A stretch of 63,690 nucleotides of DNA, counting the filler, from Reclinomonas americana ATCC 50394 (lineage: Eukaryota), in the NCBI GenBank assembly GCA_048213135.1. It is 4 parts of 3 records of this genome, joined end to end, with 100 filler letters (N's around TTAATTAATTAA, not from the genome) between each part and the next. Parts side by side here need not be neighbours in the genome. Positions count along the whole stretch, not along the records: positions 1 to 27,089 come from PS015509.1; 3 more parts are not named here. One strand, 5' to 3'. Position 1 is the stretch's first letter. Each line of letters starts with the position of its first letter. Shown here one piece after another: positions 1 through 26,344 of this stretch. The notes under the pieces were generated by a model, which searched no databases, was not told the origin of the DNA, and saw nothing but the letters and a program-made list of their open reading frames with translations. The translations under genes were made by a program, and so were the position numbers.

Positions 1-476
1 TTGCATCAAGAGAGCGGTTGCTTGTTTGTTGTTGTCACGGTGCGGGATCCGGAAATGCAGTAGCGATCGACATGCTAACGGCACCGTCGCTGGGACCTCT
101 CTCACTCTCTCGCGCGCGCTTGACACGCTGCGGGTGCGTAAGCGAGAGAGACTGCACAGTCAGGCGATCGAGCGCGCTCAAAAGTGAGGACCGAACAACA
201 ACAACAATGGGGAGCGTCGTTGGCGATGCAGCAGCAAGTTGACAGCGTGGTGTGATCACCATCTTGAGTGAGCACCTGCAAGAGTAATCTCCGCTCACGA
301 ATAGCGAGAGGTGTTGGCGTCAGAATCAACGCAAAGCCACCACGTCACACGCGCGTCCGTCATTTTACTGAACATCAGAAGGCACAACACACACACAGAC
401 ACACACACATATGACGCGCATGGAAGACGATACAAACGAGAGAGAAAGGCAGGAACGAAACAAAGACTGCGACATC

Positions 477-2845
477 TCAGTTGGCGGGCGAATCCAACGG
501 CGACGTCATGTCGGGTGTCGCGATGCCGAGACCCGACGACACGGCGGCGCGCAGTGCTGGAGACATGGGCCGTGGGAGTCCGTGGTGGCTGTTCACCGGA
601 GACTGCATGCAGGCGCGCACACACGTCAGAAAAATGGCATCCACAACTCACTCGTGTCATCAAGAGACGCACCCAACACTGCTCGTCGTCATCGTGGCCC
701 GACCCATCCATGCTGTCCTGTCGAACATTGGCAAACTTGAGGACCAGCTGACCTGCAGCTGTGGTGGGATCCGGCCGCGGCTTTGACGGCGACTTATCTT
801 TCGGCTCGGGTGTTGCCGGGCGCAGCTTGGTCGCTCCGGCCAGCAAGTCAGTGGTCAGAGGCTGGCGCGAGCGAGTTCAGCGTGGTGTGATAAGAACAAG
901 GCGGTGAGAGAGAGAGAGAGAGAGACACGCACCGTAAACGAGGCGCGTCGTGGAGTGGTACTTCCGTCGCCGTTGCCATTTCCCGCTGCCCTGGGCGGCG
1001 ATGGTGGCGCATGAGGTGGGGGTGGTGGCGGCGGAGGTCCTGGCGGTGGCGGTGGTGGAGGTGGTGGTGGTGGTGGTGGCGGTGGCGCTGACGACGAGTT
1101 GCCAGTGTTGATCGGCGCCGGAGGGGCGCCAGGGAAGCCAGGCGGCGGCACACCCGCTGGAGGTGTGCGACGGAAGGCCGACGGTCCAGCAGTGCCTATT
1201 TGTGGCGACTCGACGTCCTCGTCGGGAACACGCATGGTCACGGCTGTTCCCTTGCGCGCGAGAGCAGAAGGCATCTGCAGCTGTGGAATGAGAGTGAGTA
1301 GAAGAAGAAGAGGCAGGGAAGTGTCTCCTCCTGAGAAGGAGCACGGAACTGCAGGCTGCGCAGACCAGTCAGCACCAATACACACTTTCATAATACAGAC
1401 ACGATACGCACCACCTTACGCGGCGATGGGTCGCAGGATGAGCCGCCGGATTGTGACGAGAACTCCTCCATATCCTCAGAGTGTGCGTGGCCCATGTGCA
1501 CCTGCGAAACATTGTCACGCAATATCGAAACCGGACAACACACATGAAGGAAAAAACGAAACTGCAGGCGCCAAGGCCTTCTGTGACACACGCACACACA
1601 TGCATACAGTCAAACATGTGGCGAGCGATAAACGAGGTTGACAAGCAGACGTACCGACGACGATGCGTCGACACGGAACGAGTCAAACGCGATCGTCTTC
1701 TTGTCCAGTCCGTGATGCACCGTTGATTCCACAGGCTGCGCGGGTGAGCGATGAGAGTGGTAGGGGAGGAGGAGGAGGAGAAAGGCGCCGACGAATAGAA
1801 GCAGGCGAAGGCGTGGATCGCATGAATGCCTATCTCTTCCAACTACAAGCAAGAGGGTGAGCGACGAGAGTGGTACGGGAGGAGGAGGAGGAGGGCGCCG
1901 ACGAAGAATAGAAGCAGGAGAAGGCGCGGATCGCATGACATGCCTGTCTCTCCCAGCTACAAGCACCAGATGCTCTCATTCCCTTCGCGATCGCTGACAG
2001 ATCAACAACGCTCAAAGAGTACGGTTGATCTCTCACACCCTTGCAGCACAGCGCCATAGCAGAAAGCGCACATGGACTGGCAAGGGAAGGATCGTCCTTT
2101 GCATAGACAACTGTCGATCGCTGATCACTCTGTGCCTCTTGTCCTCGCCCTCACGCAATCTCACGCACTATCGTCAGCTGTTCGCCAACACAGAAAGCTC
2201 GAAGGCTCTCTTTCCCATGTATATCACAATCGCAGATCAAGCACTCTCCTCCGATCTCCCTTCTCAGTAACCCAATCGCTCTCCCCTTCGCAGCAAGACG
2301 CCACAGATCAAGGGCGCCAAGCACAATCACTCCCATCTCTACTCCCAGCTGCCTTCACAATCGCTCAATAGCCCTCCCACTCAGTTCCCCCTTCGCCAGC
2401 CAAGACGCCACAGAAGAAGGCCCCAACACCCCAAGCACAATCACCTCCCACCTGCCTTCACGATCAACTCGATCGCTCACCATCACCACATGTAGCAAGG
2501 CGCCACAGATCAAGGCAACTCACAATCACTCACCCATCGCTCTCTCTTTCACTCTCCTCTCTCTCACACACACCCAGTCGCTCAATCGCTCCCCCACTCC
2601 ATCACCTCCAGGTAGCAAGACGTCACAGATCAAGCACGAACACTCTCCCATCATGATCACTCAATCGCTCACCCATCGCTCTCTCTCTCACTCTCCTCTC
2701 TCTCTCTCTCTCACACACCCAATCGCTCAGTCGCTCCCCCACTCCATCACCACCATGTTGCAAGGTGTCACAGGCAAAGGCAGTAAGCACGAAGACTCAA
2801 AATCACTCACTCCAGAGTCACTCAACGCTCTCTCTCTCTCTTTCA

Positions 2846-2894
<49 letters not shown>

Positions 2895-3325
2895 TGCACA
2901 CATCAGACCCTGCATCAAGACTGGCATCAGGACATCAAGCACAAACGCTCACTCTCTTCCCATCTTGACAATCTCCTGCTCACTCTTCTCCCCCCACCCC
3001 CTCTCCACCCACACACCTTCAACCACCCCTCCAACTTCAACGTGCGAATCTGCCTCGGCCCAGCAGCCGCCAACACAGCAGACGATGACGACGATGACGA
3101 CTCCACAATCACAGTCGCAGAAGAAGCAGAAGAAGACACGAGTGGCGCACCCGGAGTGCTTCCCACTATCCCACTCTGTTGCTGTTGTTGTTGGTGTTGC
3201 ATCTGAAGTGCGGTCTTGAGAGTGGTGACGGCATCGGTGAGCGCCACCACCAGTTGCTTCATGTCCTCGGGCGGTGGCGCGAGCCCCGACTCGGGTTGCT
3301 TGTCTTTGGAGGGACCGCACCCCAT
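477..3325 (-). CDS. Multi-exon N-myristoylated/palmitoylated-type proline-rich protein with a WH2-like motif
   Basis: ATG at 3325 gives MGCGPSK (Gly2/Cys3 acylation motif). GT-AG exons encode poly-Pro (about 1000-1150), then PLTTDLLAGATKLRPAT; the last exon ends ...SPLDSPAN-TGA at 477-479. Internal exons between 1400 and 2250 are less certain. Confidence 0.6.
1741..1965. repeat. Two-copy ~115-bp tandem duplication in an intron
   Basis: GGGTGAGCGA..GAGAGTGGTA..GGCGCCGACGAA..TAGAAGCAGG..GGATCGCATGA..CTACAAGCA occurs twice. Confidence 0.8.
2232..2945. repeat. Degenerate C/A-rich intronic minisatellite
   Basis: Recurring GCAAGACGCCACAGATCAAG..CACAATCACTC and TCGCTCAATCGCTC units. Confidence 0.75.
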
Positions 3326-3670
3326 GGAGTCGTGTGTGTGTGTGTCACACTGAGGCGCGCAAGGTCGGAGGGTTTGTGTGCTCGCGAACGGATATCGTGG
3401 GCGGTGCGCGACTCTCGGTTTTTGTTTGTGTTGTTCGTTCATGATCGTGGTTGGGAAGGTGTTCTAAGGTGCCTGTGGTGGAGGATGCCTTATACACGCC
3501 AACGATTCATTCACCCAAGTCGCGCACAAAACGTCGATCGCGGTCGCCGGTCGCGATATGACAGATAAGCGACACAAATGATTGTGAAGCGCGCGTAAAC
3601 CAGTGATCGGTGAGAGCGCACGGGCAGCCAACGTGCGGGCGCGGGATATCGCCTGCAGATGCATAATTCC

Positions 3671-3740
3671 TTTTGGATATGGCTGAACTTGGTCATCAAG
3701 ACAGCTGTACATGTTGTTTGTTTGGTGATTGAATTTGTTG
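3671..3740. repeat. Dispersed ~70-bp element, copy 1
   Basis: Shares TGAACTTGGTCATCAAGACAGCTGT and GGTGA.TGAATTTGTTG with 55441-55506. Confidence 0.75.
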
Positions 3741-3864
3741 TACATGTTGCCCGACGCCATCAGCTGCAGCCCACACCACTGTAGGCCACCGTGCACGTGA
3801 TCGCTGGCTACACTGTATCACGGCATCAACCTCACCGCTCTTCCTCAATAGCCACAGTACAGCC

Positions 3865-4530
3865 CGCTACGACATCAGAGAGGTCCGAATTCACCTGCCT
3901 GCTCTTCATCTCCGCCAGCGTCTACGACCACGGTATTCGCTGCTCTCCTCTCCCCTCCAGCAGCGTCCAGGTAATGGAGTTGACGTGCCCGCTATCACCT
4001 CAGGGAGACCCGCGCTCATCTCCATCGAGACAGAAGCGAAACCGACAAGGTAAGCGCACGAGTCCACAACTTCGTGCGCTTAAGCTTCCATTCTGTGCGT
4101 GGTTACCAGCGACTCCTCGTCTACGACCTCAGAGAGGCCCCTGCACTCGAGCTCAAGCGAGAGTCTCGGTGTACGTGCCTACGAGTTCAGGTTCGCTGGA
4201 GCTACTCTCCTGCTCCCGTCTGAGAGTTATCGTGTCGGCTCAGCAGCGACTCTCCCATCTGTGGCCTCAGAGAGGTCCGAGCTCGGCTGGCGTGCACTCC
4301 AAAGAGAGCCACAGTGTCCACGAATTCAGTTCGCGTGTTCGTCACTCGCCCTCTTCCATTCTGCACATGTTCACCGACGACTCCTCGTCAACAACCTCCG
4401 AGACGTCTAGATCCGAATTCGAAGCGAGTCACCATGTCTTCGACTGCAGGGTCGCTGCAGCTGCTCTCCTCTCTCCCGTTTGTGCACGCTGAATTCTCTT
4501 CCATTCTGCACATGTTATCCTGCTAGAGAA
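3865..4530. repeat. Degenerate intergenic repeat cluster
   Basis: Recurring CCTCAGAGAGG(T/C)CC, CTCTTCCATTCTGCACATGTT and ATCCGA motifs. Confidence 0.55.
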
Positions 4531-4595
4531 ATCCGAGTCAAAGCACAACAAGAGTCACCGTGTCCTCGACTCCTCTTCTCCCAAGCTTCTCTCCC

Positions 4596-6982
4596 TCACT
4601 CCTCGTCCGGAAACACCCTCATGAGCTCCTCCGCCTGCCTCTGCGTGCTCACTCGGTGCAGACGAATACTCTCGTCCGTCAGCGGCGCCACAAACATCGA
4701 CGCACGCGTGTCGGCATCGTGGAAACGCATGTCCGACGCCAAATGCAGCGGCACATCACCTTTCGCAAACGCCCACGCCATGTTGCAGTCCTCGCCACCG
4801 ATCTGATCAATGGCCGACACCGAGGTGGAGCGACGCCACCACGCCACCAGATCCCACGAGAGGAGATACATGGCGCCGACCGGAAACTCAAACACCACCC
4901 GCCCACGAAACCCCATCAGTGTCGCGCCCCACATGAGTCGCTGCCGCGGCAGTCGCCGCAACTCGCGCTCCATTTTCACCGTGCGCAGAAACACGTCCAT
5001 GTCCACTCGCCCCACGTACCGCAGCGGCGAGGACGGCAACGCACTGCCGTACACGTCGTGCACGAGTGTGAACCACGCGCGGTTCTTGCTCAGGTTGATG
5101 TTGTCGCGAATGTCGAGAAACACCACGTCACCAAACTGCGCAGCCTCCTTGTGCACCATTGTCGCCACCTCGCGTGATCGTGGGCGGGCCAGCACAAACA
5201 GAACCTGCACCGTACCGCTACGATTGCTCCGTGCGTCGTACACGTTGTGGTAGCGCATCCACGAGCGGCGCAGTCTGTCGCGAGAGATCCTGTCGACATC
5301 GGTGCACAGCGCACCCAGGAGAGTGTGGACACGTGAGCCGAGTGGCGGTGGCGGGTGGGCGCGCACAAAGCGCGAGCCCCACACTGAATTGCCGTGCAGC
5401 GGCGGCTCGCCGCGGCCCGAGCTGATGCCACTGGTCAATCCGTAGCTCATGCGGCAGCTGAACGGCAGCGTGCGGCGATCGTGTGGCGGCTCAAACGGCC
5501 CGGGGAGTCGCAGCGACACATGCTCATCAACAGCTGTCGGTTCGTCGTCATCCCATTCGGGTGGAGGTGGTCGCGGAGGAGGCAGGAAACGAAGATGTGT
5601 GAACCGCGGTGCCTGCACGACGGCGCGCGATAGGTGAGAGTGCGTGGAGCGCTAAGCAGGAGAAGGAACACAGAACCAATCACCCACCCGCAAGTACGGC
5701 GCCACCATCTGTTCGACAACAATCGGTGATCATGAGAGACGATGAGTGAGCAGCAGTGCACACGACGACCACACCACACCTCTGGGTTCTCGTCCATAAA
5801 GGAGACGGCGGAGCGCCAGTTCACTTCACCAGTGCGAAAAAAGCGCACACCCATCGACGGCCACTCATCATCCATGGTCGCATCTGCACACGAAAACCCG
5901 CAAATAAGCGACAGACAGTACGCTCGCCGTGCGTCCCCGCGCGCCGACACTCACGCACCGCACTTGTATCTGTCAACCAGCGGGATCGCGAAAATGAACT
6001 CGGCATCGCTGTACGGCAAGCCTGGAACGACGAGACGCCAGCCCTTGCGCAGCAGCTCGACACGCGAGAGCGAGAAATCCAAGTCGGCTGGCTGCGCACA
6101 GACATGCACTGAGTGGACCACACAGTTGGGAGTGAGGGTGGGCAAAGCCATACGAACTTCCGGCTGTCGTGCATCGATCTGCTGTCGCATCGACAGCGCC
6201 ATTGCCGGCACCAACTCGCTCTCGAGTTCGTGTTCCACGGCAAACGCAGCCGCTGTTCCACAGTCGACAAAGGAGTGAGCACGGTGAACTCTCAGTGTAC
6301 AGCATACACGCACGCATGCACACCAACACTGTCGGCATTGCTGCCGTCGGCGGCGACGGAAAACGCAAAGAGACGACCTCGCAACACAAGCGCCACTCTT
6401 CGTCGATCCCCCTCCTCCGTCTCACGTGCCTGCTTGCAGCGGAATCGTGAGACACAGCGTGACCAATGGAGAGAGCTCGAGGACACACCGTCGTTGACAG
6501 AAAAGGCACAAACCGCGGACGCACGTGTCTCCCACACGGCCACAGTCCGTCTCGTGTCATTGCCAGACGAACATGCTTGACAACGGACGCCATGTCCAGC
6601 TCGCTGAGTGAGTGGCGGGGCATCCGCAGCTGCTTCACTGCAGCCTCCACTGGAGAGCAACGAAGACAGAGTGATTGATGAGCGATGGATGTTGGACATA
6701 CTGCTTGCATCTTTCCGCGCACAAACCTGCATGTGTGAGTGATCTTATCGCTGGGTCGCTCCAAGAGACTCGCAAGGGCGCCACGAGCTCACTGGCTTTC
6801 GGATTGGGATGCCACAGATGATGCGGAACGATGATGCGCGTGGCGCCAAATCGACGCGCCCACTCAAAGTCGTCCTCGTCTTCACTGGCGGTCTCTTGTG
6901 TGCTGTGGACACACACAGAGAGGAGGAGGAAGAGGAGGAGGAGGAGGAGCGCCAACAACGATGTGTGGCGACACACAGACAT
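4596..6982 (-). CDS. GT31-family (beta-1,3-galactosyltransferase-like) glycosyltransferase, paralog A, with signal anchor and unassigned N-terminal domain
   Basis: The last exon has GT31 motifs RDRLRRSW, EAAQFGDVVFLDIRDN, DxD (DMD), GAMYLLSWDLV and ED. ATG at 6982 gives hydrophobic MSVCRHTSLLALLLLLLFLLL. Upstream exons align with paralog B. Confidence 0.85.
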
Positions 6983-7259
6983 CTCAATCAATGTCCGCGT
7001 CCAGCCTGTCGACGTTCTGTGATCGAAGACGATGAGAAGGCCCTCCAGCTTCATAGACACTTTGCAGTCGAGCGCCGATAGACTGGTTAGTTTCGTCAAA
7101 ACCAAAAACCAATCATTTCCACAAGGGATAGCTGCAGTTGTTCATTACGTCGCGCAAGTTCAGTTCCTGCGCCTCTGCACCATCGATCATCACTCTTATC
7201 GACTTGCCTACAGTCGCGATGATTCCGTGCCCGGTCACCGTTTCCCCGCGCGCGCATTG

Positions 7260-8399
7260 TCACATCAGCGCATCGTCTTTTGTCTCGCAGGAGGTGCGGT
7301 GCAGGCTGATGCTCTCGTCGCTCAGCGGCTCAACATAGTAGGCCTTGCGTCGCTGGGCCAGGTCGTGAAAGCGCACATCGTGGCCCAGATGGAGCGGGAT
7401 AGCGCCCTTCACAAACATCCACGAGAGACAACAGTCGTCCGGGCCAACCTGGTCAATGGCCGAGGTGGACGTGGCGCGACGCAGCCAACCCACCAGGTCC
7501 CACGAGAGCACCAGCGTCTGGCCACGCATGAACTCGTATATCATGCGACCGCGGAAGCCGCTGATGCCAATTCCCCACAGCAGTCGCTCGTGTGGCAGGC
7601 GCATCAGCTCCCTCTCCAGCTTCTCCGTGCGCACAAAGGCATCCGTGTCCGCACGGGCGACGTAGCGCAACTGCTGCTGTGAACCGTATGTGTCGTGGAC
7701 AAACAAGAACCACTGGTGGTTCTTTCCTCGATTGACGTTGTCGAGCACGTCGAGGAACACCAGGTCTCCGTGCGCCGCCGACTCGTTGTGCAGTGTGCGT
7801 GCGACGGCAGCGGTTTGCGGTCGCGCCATCACAAACACGATTTGCACGGTGCCAGTCGGATTACGTGTGGGGTGATAGACGTTACTGTACCGCATCCAGG
7901 TCCTGCGGATGCAGTTGCGCGCCGCCGTATTCGAGTCGCCGCTGAGAACGCCGAGCAGAATGATCACGTTTTCGCCCAGCGGCGGTGGCGGATGAGCGCG
8001 AATGAAGCGCGAGCCACATACTGCACACTGCGACGCAGTCGGTTCTCCGCGGCCTGTCTCTGACGCGAAGCCGTCCGACACCCTACACGGGAAGGGACGC
8101 GATCGCGGGAAGTGCGGTGGCTCAAACGGGCCCGGCAAGCGCATCGACGGCATCTCGTCAGAGTACGACTGCCCCCAAGCGGGTGGCGGTGGAAGTGGAG
8201 GTGGCATGAAGCGTTCTTGGGTGGACACCGGGGGCTGTGGAGAGAGAGATGGAAATGGAATGAGGCTTATGGCTGACACATGAGAGAGGGTGTGTGAACG
8301 TAACTCGAAAGTACTGCGCCACGATCTGCACATTATACAAGCAGGGTCAGTGAGTGGCGCGCACATACACACAAGCACACTCACAGCCACATACTCGCT

Positions 8400-8482
<83 letters not shown>

Positions 8483-10191
8483 NNNNNNNNNNNNNNNNNN
8501 NNNNNNNNNNNNNNNNNNNNNNNNNNNNNNNNNNNNNNNNNNNNNNNNNNNNNNNNNNNNNNNNNNNNNNNNNNNNNNNNNNNNNNNNNNNNNNNNNNNN
8601 NNNNNNNNNNNNNNNNNNNNNNNNNNNNNNNNNNNNNNNNNNNNNNNNNNNNNNNNNNNNNNNNNNNNNNNNNNNNNNNNNNNNNNNNNNNNNNNNNNNN
8701 NNNNNNNNNNNNNNNNNNNNNNNNNNNNNNNNNNNNNNNNNNNNNNNNNNNNNNNNNNNNNNNNNNNNNNNNNNNNNNNNNNNNNNNNNNNNNNNNNNNN
8801 NNNNNNNNNNNNNNNNNNNNNNNNNNNNNNNNNNNNNNNNNNNNNNNNNNNNNNNNNNNNNNNNNNNNNNNNNNNNNNNNNNNNNNNNNNNNNNNNNNNN
8901 NNNNNNNNNNNNNNNNNNNNNNNNNNNNNNNNNNNNNNNNNNNNNNNNNNNNNNNNNNNNNNNNNNNNNNNNNNNNNNNNNNNNNNNNNNNNNNNNNNNN
9001 NNNNNNNNNNGAAATAGTGTATGTGTGTGTCCGTCACGTGTAGCGTGACACGCTGATCCTCTTTGCGGGCAGCGGCCAAGTTTGTCGCCGAGCAGAACTT
9101 GGGCGATGAGCTGGTGCCGGCCATGGGCATGGCGATGCGCAAGCAGCTGGAGATGCAGCAGGAGGTGTGAGGGTAGAGCGTGTGCAGGAGGAGGTGGGGC
9201 ATGTGTGTGCGGTGTTTGACGATGTTTTGCAGCTGCCGCCTGTGGACTGGACGAAGCAGCGCTTGGAGTATGTGCAAAAGGGGTTTCGACTCGAGGTCCC
9301 TGGGCTTCCGTTCAACAACAGCTGGCACTATCAGTACGCGATGCCCGGTGTCGACATGTTTGGTGCGCAGAGTGCGCGAGTCTCTTCTGTGCTGCAACCA
9401 GCTGCTGACTGACTGACTTTTTGTCGACGCAGATCCGCCCGTCAATCCGTACTACCCGTCGCTGTACACCTCCGACAGGACGTACTCGGGAGCGCCGCCA
9501 GATACAGAGGGCTACCTGCCGCGCACAGCCGCCTATATTCGCGAGCATCCCGAGGTGTGGGAAAGGAGAAGGGAGTCGAGGGGAAGGATGGGGAAAGGCA
9601 GAGGGAGGGAGGGAGGATGGGAAAAGGGAGAGAGGGGAAGGGAGGGAGGGAGGGAGGACGAAGGGTAGAAGGGAGGGCAGAAGAGAGAGGAGGGGAAGGA
9701 TGGGGAAAGGCAGAGGGAGGGAGGAAGAGAGGGCGAAAAGAGGGGAAGGAGAAGGGGGAAATGAAGGGAGAAAGGAGGAAGGAAGGAGGAGGGAAGAGAG
9801 GGAGGGAGGGAGAGCAAAGGTGGTAGGACGAGGAGGCAGAGAGAGAAGGGAAGAAAGATGAAGGAAATGGAACGGCAGATGGTAGAAGGGAGACGGTGGA
9901 ATGGCAGACGGGAGACAGGAAAAATAACGGTGAGGAGGCAGGGAGGGCAGAAGGAGAACAGAGAACGGAGGGCAGAGTGGAATGAGAAAGGAAGAAGAAG
10001 GGTAACAGCAGATGGTGGAAGGGAGACAGGAAAAATAACGGCGAGGAAGCAGGGAGGGCAGAACGGAGACGGAGAGGAGAAATGAGGAAGAAAGGTGGAA
10101 GAAAGTGCAGATAGGGGAACGGCAGACGGGAGGTCAGAAGATTGGTGTGTGAGCAAAGATCGAGTGAGTGGCTGTGTCTTAGCACGTGATC

Positions 10192-10254
<63 letters not shown>

Positions 10255-10803
10255 NNNNNNNNNNNNNNNNNNNNNNNNNNNNNNNNNNNNNNNNNNNNNN
10301 NNNNNNNNNNNNNNNNNNNNNNNNNNNNNNNNNNNNNNNNNNNNNNNNNNNNNNNNNNNNNNNNNNNNNNNNNNNNNNNNNNNNNNNNNNNNNNNNNNNN
10401 NNNNNNNNNNNNNNNNNNNNNNNNNNNNNNNNNNNNNNNNNNNNNNNNNNNNNNNNNNNNNNNNNNNNNNNNNNNNNNNNNNNNNNNNNNNNNNNNNNNN
10501 NNNNNNNNNNNNNNNNNNNNNNNNNNNNNNNNNNNNNNNNNNNNNNNNNNNNNNNNNNNNNNNNNNNNNNNNNNNNNNNNNNNNNNNNNNNNNNNNNNNN
10601 NNNNNNNNNNNNNNNNNNNNNNNNNNNNNNNNNNNNNNNNNNNNNNNNNNNNNNNNNNNNNNNNNNNNNNNNNNNNNNNNNNNNNNNNNNNNNNNNNNNN
10701 NNNNNNNNNNNNNNNNNNNNNNNNNNNNNNNNNNNNNNNNNNNNNNNNNNNNNNNNNNNNNNNNNNNNNNNNNNNNNNNNNNNNNNNNNNNNNNNNNNNT
10801 TCT

Positions 10804-10844
<41 letters not shown>

Positions 10845-11540
10845 CTCACCAACATGATCCGCATTGCTCCCATCGATGGCCACTTGCAGCACCTGCAGTC
10901 GTCCGCCCAACAGCAGTCCGACTCGCCGTGTGGGCCGATCATCCTCCTCCCACGGTTCCATTCGCAGCTGCACACAAACACGCGCTGAGTGCGGACCTAG
11001 GCGCGGCCTATCCTCCTCTTGCACACCACACCTCATTCATAAAAGGCGCGAATCGAGGTTTCACATGGTGACAGGCGCGAAAGCCCGCGAGTTCGAATGT
11101 GGCGAAGAGTTGTCTCACAATGGCTGCTCGAGTGGCGTGCTTCAAGGCCGATGGTGACTGCAACAGTGCCAAGTCCACTGCTCACAGTGCGAGTGTGTGA
11201 GAGAGAGAAAAGAGAGAGAGTGAGAGAGGAGAGAGAGAGAGAAAAGAGAGAGTGTATCATGTGCATGCATGAGTGTTGTTCTCTCTCTCTCTCGTGTGTG
11301 TGTGTGTGTGTGTGTGTGTGCACCTGCTTGCTCGACTGTCTTGATTGCAGGGTCCTTCCACGACACATACAACTCGGCATCACTCCACCTCCCCAAACGG
11401 AGTGTGGTGTCAAGCACCTGGTTGCGCCGCGCCACCACAAACTCATCGTCGACACTGTCACTAGAGTGTGTGGCGAACGCGGCGACCGTCAGCAACGCGA
11501 ACACGACACAGATTGCCAATGCTCGTCTCGCAAACCACAT
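7260..11540 (-). CDS. GT31-family glycosyltransferase, paralog B (middle exons lie on the inverted contig 9011-10254)
   Basis: Motifs RNCIRRTW, ESAAHGDLVFLDVLDN, DTD and LVLSWDLV. Signal peptide MWFARRALAICVVFALL. VSWKDPAI, DGSNAD and ELVPAM are shared with paralog A. Confidence 0.85.
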
Positions 11541-11605
11541 GTAGCTATGCGATGCGGACAGGACATTGTTTTCACGTTGAGCTTCACTTCTCATGGAGGA
11601 TTGCT

Positions 11606-25060
<13,455 letters not shown>

Positions 25061-26344
25061 TTGTGTGCTTCTCTCACTTCTTTCGGTGGCGCAACGACGA
25101 GCGCTCACACGACCGCAAGAGTGAAACAATGAGGGGAATTTGTGCGCGGCCAATTTGGTTGCGTTTCGCGCGCGCTCTCTCGTCGGGCTTCTCGTCTTCT
25201 TCTTATTCGCTGTGCAAAGCGTGCTCTTGCGCGCGCGTGGTGTCTCCGTCTCTTTGTGTAGTGCATGCACGGTCGACGTCTCGCGCGAACGAAAAAGTGC
25301 GTCAATGATCAGCAAAACAGCATGTTCGGAGCACAGCAGCCTGTGAGCGTGTGCGCCTGATGTTGGGTGTGTGGCGTTGCGTGTGACAGTGAGTGAGTGA
25401 AGGTGAGGGAAGGCGTCGTTGGGTTTGCGCGGGAAACACAGCAATAAATCGATTGGCATTGTGATTGTGCACCATTCTGCAGCTGAATGATGCGCATGCA
25501 GCGCAACCGCTGTTGCCTGCGCGATTGATTGGGTGCGTGTGGCGTGTCGTCGTCTTGGTCACAGTGAAAGGCGCGCCAGCGGTTTTGAAGTCGCGTGTGT
25601 GTTCAGTGGATGAGTGCGTCATGCAGTTGCGAAACGCACACTCTGTGCGCACGCGCGCCAGTGGCATTTCACGCGCCGCACACTCCTTTCAACCGCCTCT
25701 CTCTAATGCAGTGCAGTGCAGTGGTGTGTGCCTGTGTGTGAGCGTGTGTGCAGACAACTCGCTCCACAGCTTTCGATGTGACCGTTGCATTGCCCTTTCG
25801 CGATCGCCGAGGCAAGCAGTCGAGCTTCTCTTTCTCTCTCTCACACACACACACACACATTCTCTCTCACTCACACACACACACACCCTGGGGAGTGACA
25901 TGCGCATGCACGCAAGCCTTTCGGCGAAACACTGCATTTCGCAAGCAGTGATCATGATGTGCGCTCGCATTCAACGCGAATTGCATGCGCACATCCACCT
26001 GCCACTGAATGCCCGTGGTTTGCTGAGTGCGTGGGTGCATCGACTGACAAACACAGAGCGCCTCGCAATGAAGTTGGGACAACACACGTGAAACGGTTCG
26101 TCCAGAAATTTTTTGCGCTTCAAATTGTGTTCGAACTGGTCTCGCGCCGGCTCTCTCTGTCACTCACTCTCGTCATCGCCCATGGCGACTCTCTCGCATC
26201 TCACTTTCGTTCTCTACTGCGGAGCAAAGACAACTTGACTCTTCCACCGCATCCACCTTTATCTGTCACCGACTCCTCTGATTCCACCGAGTCCTCCCGG
26301 TTTCCCATCCGAACCGTCACTCAACCCTTTCCATAATTTTTCTC

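Noticed and set aside
1..330. Short ORFs at the window start
   Set aside because: No recognisable motif or reliable exon structure; this may be the start of a gene outside the window.
7260..7262. Possible stop-codon reassignment or readthrough (this TGA and other in-frame stops)
   Set aside because: The stop falls near where paralog A ends. Other apparent internal stops lie in GT-AG introns, and TGA and TAG terminate genes normally.
8290..10988. Long ORFs of HT/CV/ER/SL dipeptides and X runs (throughout the window)
   Set aside because: They are translations of (CA)n/(GA)n microsatellites and N gaps.
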